Origin: Sphaeroforma arctica JP610
Taxonomy: Eukaryota
Reading direction: 5' to 3'
Assembly (NCBI RefSeq): GCF_001186125.1
Contig: NW_014040124.1
Span: forward strand, 14,710-67,978
DNA: 53,269 bases
Shown: positions 49,060-53,269 of the stretch, piece after piece
Layout of the letters: every line of letters begins with the position of its first letter
How positions within the stretch are numbered: position 1 is the stretch's first letter
The notes under the pieces: generated by a model
Told to the model about the DNA's origin: nothing
Databases searched by the model: none
Seen by the model: the letters and a program-made list of their open reading frames with translations, nothing else
Position numbers and translations under genes: made by a program

Positions 49060-50090
49060 GAATCAGGCGAAGATAATCGACTGGCCAACCCCACAACCAA
49101 ACTACCTCCACGAATACCTGCCAATTTTTCGCACTCATAGTAACGCTTTTGTAAACTCAAGCCGAACGAAATGATCGGTGACCGATGGGAGCAACGGCCC
49201 GCGGATGCATGGCAGGCAACAAAACACGCGGTGGTCCAAGCGGTAGCCTTCCCCTTTCCGGCCGAAGGGGTACCACTGAACTTAGAAACCAACGCAAGCG
49301 ATTACGGGCTGGGGGGAGCACTGTTCCAATGGGTCGATGGGAAGAAACATTACTTAATATTCTTCAGTAAGACGTTGAACCATGCGTAGCAAAACTACGC
49401 GACACCAATGATAGAAAAGTACTAGCACTGGTGCACGGGTTGACACACTTCAGAGACCATCACGACTACCAACGGTTTGCAGTCTTCACAAACCATAAAG
49501 CATTAGTATACATGAACACTCAGCTTAAAATCAACTCGATACTGCAATAGTGGCACCATATCATCGCACCATTCAATTTTACTATATCACACATACATAA
49601 TGTATTACCAGACATACTGAACAGGGTGCATGAATAACAGCGGGGAGCGACGAGCCCGAAATATTTTACACGGACTGTTGGCTACTATTTCCCAGTAAAT
49701 TCGATCAAGATCAACAACACTTCGGACCGAATAACGTAGACGTATTCGCGAATCCTGCCGCCGCCCAGCTAACTCGGGTTTGGACGAAGGATGACGGTGA
49801 AGGAGTGTCTTCGCGCAAAACCCACCATGGAAGAAGATGCAGAAGATGCTTCGAAAGATATAAGCAGAAGGAGCAAGTGCAACAGTATGCATACCTCGGG
49901 TACCGAGAGTGCCGTGGTTTGACTTGTTCAAGGAGTTGTTACAGTCAGAACTAGTGTTAGTGCCACGAACACCGCAAACGTTTCTAAAATATGCTAAGTA
50001 CGCATGTGGTAAGACGCCATGGAAGCACACCGTGGTAGCAAGAGTAGGTCCAGCCAATTGTTACAAGCTAGACCCTCTATTCTCACAATG
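49060..50090 (+). pseudogene. Family A Gypsy fragment: RNase H and MTase
   Basis: TNASDYGLGGALFQ; FGPNNVDVFANP; NPPWKKM...ATVCIP...PWFDLF...YACGKTPWKHTVVARVGP; homologous to about 1935-2920. Confidence 0.9.
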
Positions 50091-50599
50091 GGGTTGGAGA
50101 CCTACACTGCACGATCTGATAAAATCATACACATAAACCATGGATGGTACGACATAAATTCGACTACATACATTCATGTCTAACATAGTGAAAATCAGCG
50201 GGTTTCTTTAGTAAAAGCAATGATAAACGTATATTATAAACGTATGAGCGTTCTACGTGAATACGTTAAAACGTATTTGTAGGTATTTGTGAAATGCAAA
50301 AATAATAAATTAGATACTGAGAAGAAGCAAACAAACAAACAAACAAACAAACAAATAATTAGCTTTTGGATATTTGATAATACAAGTATATATAATAAAG
50401 AATGGAGAATTTCTAGAACATGTTTTCCATCAGTTGAAATTGACACCTGATGACACTTGTTATATTTTCGAACACTCTCAGCGCAAGAAAATCCTCTCCA
50501 CTGAGAAATAGGACATGGTATTCATTCATCCTAGCCAGCTTACTATATGTGTCCGTCTATGTCTTCAATGAGATGGAGAGAGCTAGGTACCAAGTGATG

Positions 50600-50809
50600 G
50601 GGTATAGGTGCAGATATTTAACTGCGCCAGCTTGGTGTTTTCGGTTTCGTTTATTTTTCATAAGTTGGACTTAGAGTTATTGAATAGTAATTACGAGTTT
50701 ACAAGTTATTAGATTCTGTGCTTAAGGTTTAACGAATAAAAGAATAAACAATGTCTCCCTCTGAACAGAGGGAGAACGTTGAGATACTGTTATTCGACGT
50801 TTAACTACA
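50600..50809 (+). repeat. LTR related to family D (3' end clear, 5' end uncertain)
   Basis: tctccctct...gagaacgttgagata...actaca matches the reverse complement of 8551-8620; contains a perfect hairpin TCTCCCTCTG-aa-CAGAGGGAGA. Confidence 0.45.
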
Positions 50810-52190
50810 AAGAAATAAATGCGTTGTTGGATACTAGCTCGCAAATTTCATGTATATCATCAAGTTTTTAATAAAATGATAGATGTAGCTTGTAAACAGA
50901 GCCTACTATGTTGAAGTTAGCTGACGAGAGAGAGATGACATGTCGAGACACGGCTGTAGATCTGAGGTTTACACTCACCGATCAACGCACTACAGTCACA
51001 AAGGCAGTCATCTGTATCACTTCGCCAGACTACAATTTAATAGTAGGTATGGGATATGGGATATATATTGTCATTAGGTACACCAATTACTGGTTTACAT
51101 ACTAACATAGACCCACAAAAGGATCAGTCGGATGATAACATACTGAAACCTGTATACAAGCCTTCTAAGACTGTGAAAGAGATGATACATCGATTCACGG
51201 GGAAGATAAAGAGTTCTTCGAAAATGACAAGATTAAGATCACTGACTGGTCTAAGTTCAAGTTTCGTAAGGTTTACGTGAGCTCGATTCACGGAGAAGCT
51301 ATAGAGTTCTTCGGAAATGGCAAGATTAAGATCACTGACTGGTCTAAGTTCAAGTTTCAGAATGGTTGCGTGAGCTAAAGACCTAGCTAAAGTGGACTTT
51401 TCGAGGTTGAAATGCCCGACGCACAACTTTGTAGCATGACGTCAGGGACAGGTAGTCAGAGAACAGGTTAAAAGCTGGTTGAAAGATGGAGTGATCGCAG
51501 TAAACTACGAACGTACTCCAGATAATCGAGCACTCTTCGCAGTAGTTCAGTTCAATTCGAATAGGGCATTGAAGAAAGTTCGCGTATGTTTGGAAATGAG
51601 CCCGATATACGCACTCATACCTACACTTAACTTTCATCTGCCAACAATGAACGAATTAATTTCTCCACCATACACTTGAAGCAAGTCTACTATCAGAAGA
51701 AGATATACAAGCCGCATAGGAAGTACTTCACCTTTACTTGGGATGGTGGTTTACACATGTTACCAGCGTACTTCCAACAGATCATGCAGGATTTGTTCCG
51801 AGACATGGATAATGTGCAAGTATATATAGACGATATCGTCGTATTTACCAAGACCAAAGGGGAGCATGATAAGGTTGTTCAGCCTTCTAAGAAATGTCAA
51901 TCTGGCGTCAACGGGATTCAGCTGTTGGGCTACCGAGTTTCCGGAGAAGGAATTATAATCGACCCCTGAAAGGTAAACGCTTAGTAGATTGGAGAACACC
52001 CACAACCGGAAAGGATATAAACAGGATGTGCGGTTTCGTCAAGTTCCTGTCGGATGGAGTTCTCCACCTAGCAAGCTATCTTGAACCCTTCGGACATTTA
52101 AGATGTCATAAGGGTAAATTAGGAGCCTTATGGACCACAGAATGTGATGATGTCTTTAAGCAGCTCAAAACAGTGGTACAGCAGGGCACC
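50810..52190 (+). pseudogene. Family C-related Gypsy fragment: protease and RT
   Basis: ALLDTSSQISCIS, KKVRVCLEMSPI, YIDDIVVF, WRTPTTG; 93 bp tandem duplication at 51191-51376. Confidence 0.9.
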
Positions 52191-53269
52191 AGTAGTTCAT
52201 CCGTAAGGGATTATAATAGACAATCTCTATGAATTTCAAGCACACTAAGCTCCACCTTTTTTAAGACAAATTACAATAGCAAGAAACTCTTGAGGTTCAT
52301 CCACGTGTTTCCCTAAAATTCAGTCACAGGTTTGTTTAAAACACACATATACTTAAACATAGGCGAATCGAAGGTATTCCTTCTGATATTGTTTCACCCG
52401 CGATACTTGTTTTGTCGAAGCATGCTTGCGATGGTTTTAAGTGATTTGCGGGCTTCAGTGACCTGACCTGAAATAAAATCCAGTTCTTTGATTTATTTAA
52501 ATTTTCTTGCGATTTTGCTAATGGTGCAGAAATTAGTGGTTTGCTCGGCAGGATTTACTGAGTATACGCCATCCTTCACGAACGTGACAAAAGAAAACAT
52601 GTTGCGATGATTACAGGAGATCACTCTATGCGTCTGCTGTGGACGCTTGATAACTATCGTTGCCATATGCATTCTCTGACACACAGTATGTTTGCGGGTT
52701 GAATGTGACATTCTCCGGAAATTGATCCACCTGGGCAACGGTAATAAAAACACGATTAAGATTAGTACAGCCAATACTATAACAATGTGAAATTAAAAAA
52801 TCTTTAAGTAGATGTGAAATTGAACTAGTTCGTCTTAGCGGATGCAAGTTTGCGCATGACCATTATACGTACCGCGACCATTTATATTCGTGTGCATCAG
52901 GTGACGAAATCGTGGACAAGAGTGCCTTCGAAAACAACAGCACTTCACTAAGTAGAAAGTATTCGAGGACACTGCCGACGATATGTCCGGGCGATGCATA
53001 TACACACACTTCCGTATAGAAATGCACAAAACATGCGTTATATAACACCTTTGCATATTTTGGTCATGCATGGTTCATCATAGGCTTATTCATCCACTAT
53101 TTAATACGTTATTTGTAAATTAATTGTCACCCTTCAAGTGGCACGGTTACCTGAGGGTTGTTACGGTTGTTACCATGCATACACACCTAGATACACATAC
53201 AATACGCATGAATAATTTAATATATATATGTATATATATATATATATATATAGATGTAGAATATACAAT

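Noticed and set aside
52250..53071. Short minus-strand ORFs as a host gene
   Set aside because: Possibly exonic, but no motif or clear splice pattern could be established.

Overview
Eukaryotic genomic DNA (spliceosomal introns, TA/CA microsatellites, three assembly gaps) made mostly of nested, decayed LTR retrotransposons around one host gene, a multi-exon transmembrane-plus-RGS gene (30425-35280, minus). The organism cannot be identified from the sequence. Main observation: three distinct Ty3/Gypsy families (A, B, C; five copies or fragments) carry a Dam-like amino-methyltransferase domain (D-x-F/L-A...N-A...W-x-NPPW...[G/Q]KTPW) in pol between RNase H and integrase. A Ty1/Copia relic in the same window carries a homologous domain in frame after its protease, where integrase normally begins. 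In both superfamilies the MTase therefore precedes integrase, suggesting an MTase-integrase module; families B and probably C also end in a chromodomain-like segment. Other points: a TSD-bounded 7.7 kb LTR element splitting a DIRS/Ngaro-like zinc finger, in-frame TGA stops between gag and pol, a 133 bp LTR-like unit containing a tRNA-like cloverleaf, and a TA-flanked MITE. All mobile element copies here are disrupted by stops or frameshifts. All calls come from manual motif reading; no searches were run.
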